Shown here one piece after another: positions 32,333 to 42,824 of a stretch of DNA of 64,000 nt. The position numbers and the translations under genes were made by a program. Every line of letters begins with the position of its first letter. The first letter of the stretch is position 1. The stretch is from contig CBFFRQ010000043.1 of assembly GCA_965644315.1 (NCBI GenBank), positions 62,001 through 126,000 on the forward strand, in the 5' to 3' direction. This DNA is from Caecitellus pseudoparvulus. Lineage: Eukaryota; Protista; Bigyra: Bicosoecida. Under the pieces are notes generated by a model. The model saw only the letters and a list, made by a program, of their open reading frames with translations, searched no databases and was not told where the DNA came from.

Positions 32333-34813
32333 ATGGGTGCATCTCGGGAAGGTAGCCTCTGCGGCTGCTGTGCCTCAGGGAGGGGTGCCGATGATGCGGC
32401 AGCTGCCAAGCTTCCTCTGTGGCGGATGCTGGTATTCGGCCTCCCCGGCATACCGGCTCACCTCATGAAGTACGTGCGGGGCACGCTGATATCTGTCTTC
32501 TACGCTAATGTTGTCGGGGTGAGCCTCTTTGACATCGCCATTGCGCGCTTCTTTGCCGGTGAGTGCCCGACCAGCGAAGCTGCACTGCGGAAGTAGCGGA
32601 GGCGCAGAGACGCCCAGCCTGGCCACTGCATTGCCCAGCATTGGCGGCCACACCCAGCGTTGAGCGTGCGCAGGAATTGTCGTGTTATATGTTCAAGGAG
32701 TCGTGGGGTACCTGAGTGACAACATGAGCCGCTTTCTGTGCATTTCAGGCCGCCGGTGCGTGGGGCTTGATGACTTGCGGCTTTCCGCTCAACTTCCCAG
32801 CGCGCACGGAATCCGCGCGCTTCTCTATTCAGGCGACCGTGGGTGATGCTGGGAGGGCCGCTGCTGGCCGTTGCGGGCGGACTGCTGCTTGCACCGCCTC
32901 ATGATGTTGCCGCTGCCAAGACTTGGTTATTCGTGTTTCTCATTGCCACAAACGGGCTTGTGGAACTCGTGTCAGTGCCGTACAGCGCCTGGTCTGTGGA
33001 ACTGACGCAGGACCCCGACAGGCGCTCCGTGTTCTTCGCCGTCACTGGCCTGCTAGGTGCAGTCGGTGCAGTCCTCGCAGCTGTGCTGTCGGGCGCGCTG
33101 CAAGCTGCCCTTGGGGACGCCGAAGCGTTCAAGTGGATCGGATACTCCAGCGGAGCAGCCGGGGCACTGGCGTACATCGCCGTGGGGCTGCTTGTGAAGG
33201 AGAGCGCAGCGTATGTCGGGCGCAGCCACCAAGCCATCATCCCAGCCGTGCGCACGTGCGCTGAGAACGGGCAGTGGCTGCGCATCATGGTGGTCATGCT
33301 GGCCTCATCCTTGCTCAGCGAGATCACGCCGCTGATTGTGTATGCGCTGAACTACGTGCTGGAAATAGACGGCAGCGCCTACATGTCCATTGTTGCCCTC
33401 GTTTTCATGGCAGCTCGCCTGCTCACCATTCTCAGCTCCACGTGGCTCATGCTGCGCTTTGAACGGCGCACTGTCGTGTTGGGCGGCTGCGTCATTATGA
33501 TGCTGTGGACACCCACTACCTTCATCGCGTACATGATCAAGAGCCCTGCTCTATTCATGGTGGGTGCATTCTTCATTGGCTGCGGGCTGAGCGTCTTTGA
33601 CTTTGCCACTGACATCATGGTGTCCGACTGCGTGGACCTGGATGAGGTGCTGACTGGCCAGCGGCGTGAGAGCGTGTACACCAGCCTCACAGCCATCCCA
33701 GGCATGGTGGTGGGCACCATGGGCAGTTCCATTCCTCTCATGGCCCTGTACGCTGCCGGCTTCGTGGGTGGGCCAGGGGACCTGAAGAACCACCTGCACG
33801 CCCAAAACGACAGCACGCTGTGGGTGATCAAGGGCATCACGGCATTTGTGCCGGGGGTGGTGGCGCTGGGCGTCATGCTCATCGTCATGCCCTACAAGCT
33901 GACCCGATCGGTGAACAAGCGCGTTGTCGAGCTGGCCAAGCGCCTGCGCAAGGCGCAAGGCGTGGAAGACAAGGAGGTGGAAGACGGCGACTTGGCCGAG
34001 GCGCTGCTGCAAGGCCAAGGCGCTGTCGACCCCGTGGCGGCGGAGGAGGGCGACGGTGACATCAGCTCCACGCCTGAAGACCTCAGTGGCCTGCAGCTGT
34101 ACTTTTCGTACCGTGATCTGCGCATGATGGCGGCTGGTTGGCGCTGGCGGTTCTTCGGGAAGTACACCCTTGCCGGGGCGCTGTGGGCCGCCAGCACCAT
34201 CATGGGCTTCACAGCCGTCGGCATCCTCCTGTCCAAGTCAACCGACGACACGACCCTGGCCAACAACATGACCCTGATTGTCGCCGCCATCGCAACGCTG
34301 GCCAGCATGGGGCTGCTGTACGAAGCCCTGCGTTTCCCCGCCATCCGGCAGCTGCTGCAGCTGAGCAAGGCGGATGTGGCGGACTGGATGGCGCAGCGTC
34401 TGGCGCGCAAGCGCCGCCTGGCACGAGTCCAAGCAGCCCTGCTCAAGCCACAGCCCGTGGCCTCAGCTGGGTCTGGCGCGGAGGGGGGTGACGATGACGC
34501 CATGTCTGCAGTGATGGAGCTGGCGGGAGGGGGGGCAGAGGAGGGCGACTCGTCCTCTGGCGCAGCCCTAGAGCCGCTGCCCGCCAGTGAACTGGACCTG
34601 TTCTTGGACATGGAAGATGACGAGGAGGGGGAAGAAGGTGTGCAGGGCGGGGCGGCGGCGAAGTTGCCTCCGTGGCTGCCGCTGCGTGTGGCCTTCCGCC
34701 TGCTGTGCATTCACGGACCACTGCTGGCCATCACTGGCTTGGCCCTGTTCGTTGTCACCAACTACGATGTGTGGGGGGCCACAAAGGACCCCTCGCAGAT
34801 CGGCAACCGGTGA
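32333..34813 (+). CDS. MFS transporter, GPH/MFS_2 (melibiose:Na+ symporter, MFSD2-like) family, with a C-terminal extension carrying extra TM segments
   Basis: GRR|RPW.MLGGP, VPYSAWSVELTQDPDRRS and MVSDCVDLDEVLTGQRRESVY; about 12 TMs plus further hydrophobic helices after the core. Confidence 0.88.
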
Positions 34814-35201
34814 GGTTGGCAAACTTGTCTCCTTCCGCGGGAACATGTCAGCCCCGAACTGTGCTGCATTTGTGCGGATGGGAGTGTCGTGTAGGGTCCG
34901 AATGCTGTCCACAAAGTGAAGGTCGGAGGCTTGGGCAACGAGGCCAGCTCCTCGTTGGAGTTCTTCTTCCCTGCACTGCCTGCCTCACGCTGTCTGCTCT
35001 CCGTGCTCCTTCTCGAACAGGCCGAACTTGAACTGTGGCGCGAATTCACCTGCAAGAGCTCCAGGATGCCCTTTGCTGCGCGTCGACGTGTTGAAAGAGG
35101 CGACGTCATTCCCACGCAACGCACCATGGTTGCCCATACACGCAGCGGAGCACACTGGTCCCTGGTCAATGCTGTGAAGAAGCAGCAGAGTCTGCCCTTT
35201 G

Positions 35202-36557
35202 TCAACGCTGTGATGCGGGTGCTGGTGGGGGTTGGTTTTCGCTACCCACACTCGCCTCGCATCCCAATGCCGCCAACACCTCTGCCACATATGCACTATG
35301 CTCTCCCAGGGTAGGACTGGCCAGCCGAGTCGCGGAGGCATGCCCATTCACGCGCACTGGGTGCCGCACCGCCTTGTACGATCCCAGCGTGCTGTGCGCA
35401 CTCACACTCTGCACCATGCCCAGCGCTTCTGCCTGGGGACTCGCCAGTGCCTCCACCACCGTGCTCACGGGACTGGCAGGAATGGAGGCTTCGCCCAGCT
35501 CCTGCAGCAACGCCTCACGACTCAGCTGGCACAGCGGCTGCCCATCAGCTGCCGTGCCAGCGTCTAACCGTCCCTGAAGCCATTCACACAGCGCAGGTGC
35601 GACGCCCACACGAGCCGCATTCGTCATGCAATCCACTTCTCCATGCCCTGGCAGGTCCAGCGTCGTGGAGGGGTGTCCCACAAACGCCACCAGCCGTGCA
35701 AACTGCGCGTCGTTGAACGCGGCCAGGAAGATCGGCCGCCCGTCACCAGCTGTGAACACGCGGTGTGGGGCGATGCTGGGGTGGGCAGTGCCCCACCGCT
35801 TGCCGTCTGTGCCGCTGTTCACCGCCGCAGACGCGACGTTGGCCAGACAGGCCACCTGTGCCTCGAACAGCGACGTGGTCAGGTGGCAACCCACGCCTCC
35901 TACTAGGGCCTGCACGATCGCGCCGTGCATGTACAGGCCAGCGATCTGGTCCACCAGCGCCACGCCAGGCTTGGTGGGAGGGCCATCAGCCTCTCCTGTG
36001 ATGCTCATGAGGCCCCCCTCTGCTGAAATGACGCTGTCGTACGCGGGCAGCTGGCTGCGCGGGCCGTTGTGGCCATACCCCGAAATGGATGCGTAGACCA
36101 CACGGGGGTTGGCAGCCAGCACTTGCTCGGCCCCCAGGCCATATGAGCCCAACTTGCCAGGGATGCTGTTCTCCACCACGACGTCTGCCCACTGCGTGGC
36201 CAGGGCAAACGCTGCCGCCTGCCCTCCACCCGACTTCAAATCCAACGCGACAGACCGCTTGTTCCGATTGACCCCCAGAAAGTAAGTGCTCTGCTTTGTA
36301 CCATCTGATCCCTCGAGAAATGGAGGGCCCCATCCACGTGTGTCGTCCCCAGCGCCCGGTCGCTCCACCTTGATCACGTCAGCGCCCCCATCACCCAGCA
36401 GCTGCGTGCACAGCGGACCAGCCAGCACCCGCGTCAAATCCAGCACCTTCACACCCGCCAGAGGCAGTTCTGGAGAAGCGGAACATGCTCGTGCGGAAGT
36501 GGTGGCAAGATAATGTAGAGAGCTGGACAGCACTTGTTGCCGTGCAGCGGTGAGCAT
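35202..36557 (-). CDS. CoA-transferase family III (CaiB/BaiF; SUGCT-like), probably mitochondrial
   Basis: PLAGVKVLDLTRVLAGP..GADVIKVERPGAGDDTR..NRNKRS..ADVVVEN..SISGYG..PAYD..D(QIAG). The N-terminal leader is Arg/Ser/Ala-rich and lacks acidic residues. Confidence 0.93.
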   Translation of the reverse strand: MLTAARQQVLSSSLHYLATTSARACSASPELPLAGVKVLDLTRVLAGPLCTQLLGDGGADVIKVERPGAGDDTRGWGPPFLEGSDGTKQSTYFLGVNRNKRSVALDLKSGGGQAAAFALATQWADVVVENSIPGKLGSYGLGAEQVLAANPRVVYASISGYGHNGPRSQLPAYDSVISAEGGLMSITGEADGPPTKPGVALVDQIAGLYMHGAIVQALVGGVGCHLTTSLFEAQVACLANVASAAVNSGTDGKRWGTAHPSIAPHRVFTAGDGRPIFLAAFNDAQFARLVAFVGHPSTTLDLPGHGEVDCMTNAARVGVAPALCEWLQGRLDAGTAADGQPLCQLSREALLQELGEASIPASPVSTVVEALASPQAEALGMVQSVSAHSTLGSYKAVRHPVRVNGHASATRLASPTLGEHSAYVAEVLAALGCEASVGSENQPPPAPASQR

Positions 36558-36590
36558 TGTGTGGAGCACTGGAACTGCTTCGGCTGAATC

Positions 36591-36600
36591 TGCGGAAATT
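36591..36600. promoter_or_regulatory. Representative copy of the recurrent TGCGGAA(A)TT motif, 34 nt upstream of the CoA-transferase ATG
   Basis: About 15 copies in the window, mostly near start codons or in 5'-proximal introns (listed in findings). This copy is preserved exactly in the diverged duplicate at 40034-40043. Confidence 0.45.
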
Positions 36601-37121
36601 GGTTCACAGCGAGTGATAAACACCACCTGTGTGATGTTTGGTGACAGTTTCAGGGGAATGGGAGAGAGCAAGGGGAAATCATCAACGCATAACTATGATG
36701 TGGAAAGTAATGCATGGATCCTTCTGCTTTACATGCGCCTTGACCGGGTAGGTGTCGTAGATCCAAGTTCAGTTGTTGTTGCCTACAGTATCATGGGTGC
36801 TGTTGGGACAGCTAAGGGGTGGATTTGTCCCTACTGTCAATTCAGCAAGAGATGATCATTTGCTCCAATACCGCAAAAACAAAGATCATCGATCAGACAG
36901 CTGCCCAGCTGCCCGCTCTGGGGCACGACCCCACCTTGACGCCAAGCTGCGGTGAAGGCAAGGTACAAGTAGCAACCCCCCTCCACCCCCCCCCCAAGAA
37001 GCTTGTCCCAACTCCAATAAATTCCCTGCTGTCTATTTTGTCCCATCTTTACCCTGTCCCAACTTTGCCCCATGATACTGTATTGGCTTTCAGAATGGGA
37101 GTGGGATGCGGTTCAGAGATA

Positions 37122-39632
37122 CTATCTCATGGGGAGAGCATGTCCCATGCGCCTATAGCGTTTAATAGCACCAGTGTGTCCCTGCATAGCCGCTGCCCCG
37201 ATCAACCGCACAGCTTCAGCACGGTCATGGCCTACACCCCTGCCGTAGTCATACATGTCGCCCAGCTTGTACTGCGCCTCCGCATGTCTCTGCTCAGCGG
37301 CTGACGTGTACCACCGCGAAGCCTCTGCTTGATCCCTGGCTACACCCCAGCCAGTGGCATACATGTTGCCCAGCCTGTACTGCCCCTCCGCATGCCCCTG
37401 CTCAGCCGCTGCCCTAAACCACCGTGCAGCCTCGGCATCATTCTTGTCAACGCCCCTGCCGCTGGCATACATGTCGCCCAGCTTGTACTGCGCCTCCGCA
37501 TGTCCCTGCTCAGCGGCTGCCCTGTACCACCGCGCAGCTTCAAGGTCACCTGAGCACACTACCTTGTCCTTGATAAGCATAACACCAAGATAAGCCCGTG
37601 CATGAAAATGTCCCTGGTCAGCCGCTGCCCGGAACCACCGCTCAGCCTCAGCATGGTCCTGGCCCACACTCTTACCCTTCGCGTACATGTCACCCAGCTC
37701 CCAACAATCTAACACATCACCCGCAGTTCCTGCTTGACGCATACTCTCAATGTCCACTACAGCATCCTTTCCACTCCATGTCCCACCATCAACACCAGCC
37801 ACCGCCTTTACATGCTCAACTACCTTCCCAACCAAATCGCCTCCACCCAGCAAACATCTCCACAAACCCACAAAGTCACTCTCTTTGCACCCTTGCCCTA
37901 CCACGGTCCCCAACTTCCTCTCCACACCTTCCAATCCACTGCTCCTGCCTGCCTTCACAACGTCTCCGGCCACTCTCACTTCCACGCGCCACCCCCGCAT
38001 TCCATTCCACAAACTCAGCACCTTTCCATCACCAGCAGCCAGATCATCCCATGCACGCCCCATCGCACCATCACCCAGCTCGCCTCGCGTCCAACCCAGA
38101 CCACCATCATACTCGCTCCCGAAACTGTGGGCTGCACATGCCAGCCCATCACACGTACCCACATCGATACCACTGCCCCACACACCCCCTTCACCAAAGC
38201 TCGCCACCACATCACCACTCTCTTCGCCATCAGCCCCGCCTTCACGCCCCAGGCTCAACACCTTCAGCGCATCACTCCACTCCCCGCACTTGACCTCACC
38301 CATCACCAGCCCAACACTTCCAGCACAAAAACGCACTGATGCCACACCTCGCACCACATCCCCTGCCACACCACCAACCCCACCACCCATCCCACAGCCC
38401 CCCTCCACCACCAGTGCTCCCAGAACACCACCTCCAGCATACCCAGCCCCTGACTCCTCACAAGTGCTCAACACATCCAAACACTCTCGTGCAACTCCCG
38501 CCCTCAACTTGCCCTCCACGTCCTCCCAAGCCTCGTTGCCCACAACGTCAGCAACTGGCACGCCCACACCCACAGTCACCTGCAGCACCAGGCATGTCCA
38601 AGCGCCCAGTGGATCAGCACCACTGACATGGCCCTGCTCCAAGCGCACAGCCACACCCCGCATCGCCTGAACAGGTGGCGCACAGTCCTCCCTCTCTGCC
38701 CACGCATTCAACCGTTGACCCAGCACCAGCCCAGACACTGCATCGCCCACCTCCTTCCCACACTTTGCCGCCCACTCACCTTCACTTCCTTCCATTATCC
38801 ACACAGGTACCTTGAACTCACTCCGCCACTCCACAATCATGCCCCTACCATCACTACGCAGGAACGCAAGCCCACCGCCACCCACATCCACATTGACAAC
38901 CCTTCCCAAACCATCGCCCTCCACCACCTCCATCTCTGGCACTCCGAGACTCCCAAGCTTGCCCAGTGCTTCCGCCATCCCCGCCACTTGGCCAGCCGCG
39001 TCCGCCAAGTCATCTTCACCAATCTTGCTCAGTCGAACCGCCGTGGCACTTAGCAAGTTCCGTACAACACGCAAACGCTTTGTAACCTTCAATCCACCTG
39101 CATCACGCACGCGATTCTCTGCACAGACACCCCGCACATGCCTCGGCACCCATTCCGTCAGCCCACGCAGCACAGCTTCAACAGCATCGCACTTCCCCAG
39201 CCAGAAGCTCACCCGACGCCACGCATCCACAACGCCCCCGTACACGCGGTCCAGGCGCGAACCATCCACCCACTCGTCTCGCACCAGAGTCTGCCGCACC
39301 ATGTCTTGCACGGCACGCTGTGCTACCTGTGCTCGCCAGCGCAGCCGCTTCAACCCCCGCTCGACACGCTCGTGCACCTTGCCCCTCACTTCCTCAAGAA
39401 TCCGCACCAGTCCAGCTTCAATGCGCCCCAGTGCCTTTAACTGCCTCTCCACACCCAGCCAATGCCCTGCTTCAGGCATCGGCTCACCCACCGCGCCTGC
39501 CAGGCCCAGCAGTGCCTCTGCGACTTCGCCTCGCACAGCGACGCTGTCCACACATGGCCCTCGAGCCACGTCGATCAACGCGTCCACAGGGCCGATGCCT
39601 GTGGCTGTCTCACCTGCACCTGATGCAGACAT
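37122..39632 (-). CDS. Sel1-like repeat protein A (5 C-terminal SLRs) with about 640 aa of unrecognised Gly/Val-rich N-terminal sequence; intronless
   Basis: Repeats of the form AEAQYKLGDMYASGRGVDKNDAEAARWFRAAAEQGH. The N-terminus is clearly paralogous to 40284-42824. Confidence 0.85.
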   Translation of the reverse strand: MSASGAGETATGIGPVDALIDVARGPCVDSVAVRGEVAEALLGLAGAVGEPMPEAGHWLGVERQLKALGRIEAGLVRILEEVRGKVHERVERGLKRLRWRAQVAQRAVQDMVRQTLVRDEWVDGSRLDRVYGGVVDAWRRVSFWLGKCDAVEAVLRGLTEWVPRHVRGVCAENRVRDAGGLKVTKRLRVVRNLLSATAVRLSKIGEDDLADAAGQVAGMAEALGKLGSLGVPEMEVVEGDGLGRVVNVDVGGGGLAFLRSDGRGMIVEWRSEFKVPVWIMEGSEGEWAAKCGKEVGDAVSGLVLGQRLNAWAEREDCAPPVQAMRGVAVRLEQGHVSGADPLGAWTCLVLQVTVGVGVPVADVVGNEAWEDVEGKLRAGVARECLDVLSTCEESGAGYAGGGVLGALVVEGGCGMGGGVGGVAGDVVRGVASVRFCAGSVGLVMGEVKCGEWSDALKVLSLGREGGADGEESGDVVASFGEGGVWGSGIDVGTCDGLACAAHSFGSEYDGGLGWTRGELGDGAMGRAWDDLAAGDGKVLSLWNGMRGWRVEVRVAGDVVKAGRSSGLEGVERKLGTVVGQGCKESDFVGLWRCLLGGGDLVGKVVEHVKAVAGVDGGTWSGKDAVVDIESMRQAGTAGDVLDCWELGDMYAKGKSVGQDHAEAERWFRAAADQGHFHARAYLGVMLIKDKVVCSGDLEAARWYRAAAEQGHAEAQYKLGDMYASGRGVDKNDAEAARWFRAAAEQGHAEGQYRLGNMYATGWGVARDQAEASRWYTSAAEQRHAEAQYKLGDMYDYGRGVGHDRAEAVRLIGAAAMQGHTGAIKRYRRMGHALPMR
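37160..37700 (-). repeat. Array of ~108-nt coding repeats (Sel1 x5)
   Basis: Recurring cccagcttgtactgcgcctccgcatgtccctgctcagcggctg at 108-nt multiples. Confidence 0.85.
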
Positions 39633-39814
39633 GGTGTCACTTCTGCAGCCTGTGGGCGCGACAAGAGAACTGGGGTGCTTCAGGCGTTGTGAGCAGCACT
39701 TGCGACAGAATCTCACACCTCAATTTCCGCTTTGCTGACAAAGTCAATCACAATCCACTGGCCGATTGCAGGCAGACTCATAGAGTGAAGTTTCCCATCA
39801 GCATGCTGTTCGTT

Positions 39815-40085
39815 CTATGTTCCCACGAAAGTTGCCAAGGTAAGAGAAATGTGTTTCAGGTCCGCGTCTGCCTGGGTCCAAACAAGCACCCTCACACCCG
39901 CCAGAGGCAGTTCTGGAGACAAGGAACGTGCTCCTGGAGATGTGGTAGCTAGAAAATGTTGAGCGCTGGGCAGCACTTGTTGCCGTGCAGCGGTGAGCAT
40001 GGTGTGGAGCACTGGAACTGCTTCGGCTGATGCTGCGGAAATTGGTTCACACTGACAGACAAACTCCAACTTTACGTGCTTTGAA
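39815..40085 (-). pseudogene. Duplicated 5' fragment of the CoA-transferase gene (upstream region + leader peptide + first codons), truncated
   Basis: 39886-40050 aligns by eye with 36442-36607 (shared cacacccgccagaggcagttctggaga and cacttgttgccgtgcagcggtgagcat..tgcggaaattggttcaca). It encodes MLTAARQQVL..SPELPLAGVRVL, then diverges and stops at 39815. Confidence 0.85.
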
Positions 40086-40283
40086 GCCACAAGTTAGCAA
40101 AGCTAGGAACGGCAATCTAATATGTATCAACATATAGCTGAGGTATCGATTTTGCTGCGCGAAAACTGGGGTTCTCTAGGTTTTCTGGTCGTATGAGTGT
40201 CCAAGTGTGCTGGACATGGTGTATTCAGATGCACAAGGGGGATCAGATGCTGCTCAGAGCAACTGTCCTGCTGAAACAGGCCA

Positions 40284-42824
40284 TCAGGTGTTCTGCAAGC
40301 GGTCTCTAGCGTCAGCATTTCCCTGCTCAGCAGCTGCCTTTAGCCACCGCACCGCCTCACCTCTGCTCCTCGACACGACCCGGCCTTCGGCGTACTGGAG
40401 GCCCAGCCTGAACTGTGCACCCGCATGTCCCTGCTCTGCCGCTGCCCTGATCCATCGCATACTCTCGCCTATGTTCTTCGTCATACCCTTGCCTTCGAAG
40501 CACATGCAGCCCAGCCTGAACTGTGCATCTGCGTGCCCCTGCTCTGCAGCGGCCTTGAAACGTTGTGCAGCCTTCGCGAAATCAATGTGCACACCCCTGC
40601 CAGTCTCGAACATGCGGCCCAGCCTGAACTGTGCATCCACATCCCCTTGCTCTGCCGCTGCCTCGAAACGCCGCGCAGCTTCGGCATAATTCTTTCCTTC
40701 GAAGTACATGCAGCCCAGCCTGTTCTGCGCATCCACATATCCCTGCTCTACCGCTGCCTCAAGCCATTTCTTTGCTTTGGCAAAACTAATGCGCACATCC
40801 TTTCCTTCGAAGTACATGCAGCCCAGCCTGTACTGCGCATCTGCATGGCCCTGCTCTGCCGCCGCCTCGAAATGCCGTGCAGCCGCTGCGAAGTTAATGT
40901 GCACACCTTTTCCTTCGAAGTACATGCAGCCCAGTCTGTAATGTGCGTCTGCATGCCCCTGCTCTGCCGCTGCCTCGAAAAGCCGTGCAGCCTCAGCTAA
41001 ATCGACCTGCACACCCTTTCCAGTCTCGTACAATCGACCCAGCTCCGCCGTAACCAGCGTAGTTCCTGTCTCTGCTTCTCGATGCATGCTCTCAACATCA
41101 GCGGCTTCCCACTTCCCACACCAAGCCCCAGCACTATTCTCAGCCCACACCTTCATGTTTTTTGCCACCTTCTCACTCACATCGCTCGTATCAACAGAGC
41201 ATCCCCACACGTCCATACTGTCATGGCCGCCACACCCCTGATTAATCACTTGCACAACCTTCCCCTTCACTGCAGCAAACCTACTGCACCTCCCAGCCTT
41301 CCCAATATCACCACTTACCATCACACTTACCCGCCACTCCCGCATACTCTCCCAAAGCGAGCGCGCCTGTCCTCCGCCACATTCAGCCACAATATCCCAC
41401 ACGCCATCCGTACCACAATCAGCCCCGCCTTCACGCTCCAGGCCCACCACCTCCTTCAGCGCATCACTCCACTCCCCACACCCACCTTGCCCGACAACCT
41501 GCCCCACACGCACAGCACACAGGCGCACTGATGCCACACCCCGCATCACATCACCCACCATACCACCAACCCCACCACCCATCCCACAGCCCCCCTCCAC
41601 CACCAGTGCTCCCAGAACACCACCTCCGGCATACCCAGCCCCTGACTCCTCACAAGTGCTCAGCACATCCAAACACTCCTGTGCCAAACTCGCCCTAAAC
41701 TTGCCCTCCAAGTCCTCCCAAGCCTCGTTGCCCACAACGTCAGCCACTGGCACGCCCACACCAACAGCCACCTGCAGCACCAGGCATGTCCAAGCGCCCA
41801 GTGGATCGGAATCATTGCCCCACCCCTGTTCTACACGAACAGCCACACCCCGCAACGCCTGTACCGGCAGCGCACATCCCTCACTCTCAGCCCACGCATT
41901 CAACCGCTGACCCAGCAACAGCCCAGACACTGCATCACTCACTTCCTTGCCACACTTTGCCGCCCACTCGCCTTCGCCTTCCTCCCCTATCCACACAGGT
42001 ACCTTGAACTCACTCCGCCACTCCACAACCATGCCCCCACCATCCCCACGCAAGAAAGCACGCCCACTGCCACTCACACCGACATCCACACTCGCACCCA
42101 CACCATCACCCTCCACCACCTCCACTTCTGTAACACCAAGACTCCCAAGCTTGCCGAGTGCTTCCGCCATCCCCGCCACTTGGCCAGCCGCGTCCGCTAT
42201 TTCACCTTCACCATTCTTGCCCAGCAGTTTAGCTGCAACACTCAGCATGGTTCTGGCGCTTTTAGTTCCCTTTCTCACCTCCACCCCTCCCACATCGCGC
42301 ACACCACCCTCACCAACCACACCCCGCACATGCCTCGGAACCAACGTCGCCACCCCACGCAGCACAGCTTCAACACCATCGCACTTCCCCAGCCAAAAGC
42401 TCACCCGACGCCACGCATCCACAACGCCCCCGTACACACGGTCCAACCGCGACCCGTCCACCCACTCATCTCGCACCAGCGTCCCACGCACCATGTCTCG
42501 CACGGCACGCTGTGCCACCTGTGCTCGCCAGCGCAGCCGCTTCAACCCCCGCTCGACACGCTCGTGCACCTTGCCCCTCACTTCCTCAAGAATCCGCACC
42601 AGTCCAGCCTCGATCCGCACCAGTGCCTCCAGCTGTCTCTTCACACCCAGCCACTGCCCGGCCTCGGGCATCGGCTCCCCCACTGCGCCCGCCAGGCCCA
42701 ACAGTGCACTTGCAATTTCACCTCGCACTGCGACGCTGTCCACACATGGCCCTCGAGCTGCGTCGACCAAGGCATCAACAGGGCCGATGCCTGTGGCTGT
42801 CTCACCAGCACCTGATGCAGACAT
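40284..42824 (-). CDS. Sel1-like repeat protein B (7 C-terminal SLRs), tandem paralogue of 37122-39632; intronless
   Basis: Identical start MSASGAGETATGIGPVDAL and long shared blocks. Repeats of the form ADAQYRLGCMYFEGK..AAAEQGH. Confidence 0.87.
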   Translation of the reverse strand: MSASGAGETATGIGPVDALVDAARGPCVDSVAVRGEIASALLGLAGAVGEPMPEAGQWLGVKRQLEALVRIEAGLVRILEEVRGKVHERVERGLKRLRWRAQVAQRAVRDMVRGTLVRDEWVDGSRLDRVYGGVVDAWRRVSFWLGKCDGVEAVLRGVATLVPRHVRGVVGEGGVRDVGGVEVRKGTKSARTMLSVAAKLLGKNGEGEIADAAGQVAGMAEALGKLGSLGVTEVEVVEGDGVGASVDVGVSGSGRAFLRGDGGGMVVEWRSEFKVPVWIGEEGEGEWAAKCGKEVSDAVSGLLLGQRLNAWAESEGCALPVQALRGVAVRVEQGWGNDSDPLGAWTCLVLQVAVGVGVPVADVVGNEAWEDLEGKFRASLAQECLDVLSTCEESGAGYAGGGVLGALVVEGGCGMGGGVGGMVGDVMRGVASVRLCAVRVGQVVGQGGCGEWSDALKEVVGLEREGGADCGTDGVWDIVAECGGGQARSLWESMREWRVSVMVSGDIGKAGRCSRFAAVKGKVVQVINQGCGGHDSMDVWGCSVDTSDVSEKVAKNMKVWAENSAGAWCGKWEAADVESMHREAETGTTLVTAELGRLYETGKGVQVDLAEAARLFEAAAEQGHADAHYRLGCMYFEGKGVHINFAAAARHFEAAAEQGHADAQYRLGCMYFEGKDVRISFAKAKKWLEAAVEQGYVDAQNRLGCMYFEGKNYAEAARRFEAAAEQGDVDAQFRLGRMFETGRGVHIDFAKAAQRFKAAAEQGHADAQFRLGCMCFEGKGMTKNIGESMRWIRAAAEQGHAGAQFRLGLQYAEGRVVSRSRGEAVRWLKAAAEQGNADARDRLQNT
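40310..41050 (-). repeat. Array of ~108-nt coding repeats (Sel1 x7; one unit has a 12-nt deletion)
   Basis: Recurring ccttcgaagtacatgcagcccagcctg..ctgctctgccgctgcctcgaaa. The fourth repeat reads FEGK-NYAEA, lacking 4 residues. Confidence 0.85.

Noticed and set aside
34814-35200. Short ORFs between the MFS transporter and the CoA-transferase
   Set aside because: No motifs or consistent coding signal; probably convergent 3'UTR space.
37160-41050. Regularly spaced DNA repeats as a possible CRISPR array or satellite
   Set aside because: The period is about 108 nt and in frame with Sel1 protein repeats. There is no repeat-spacer structure and no cas gene, and the context is eukaryotic.
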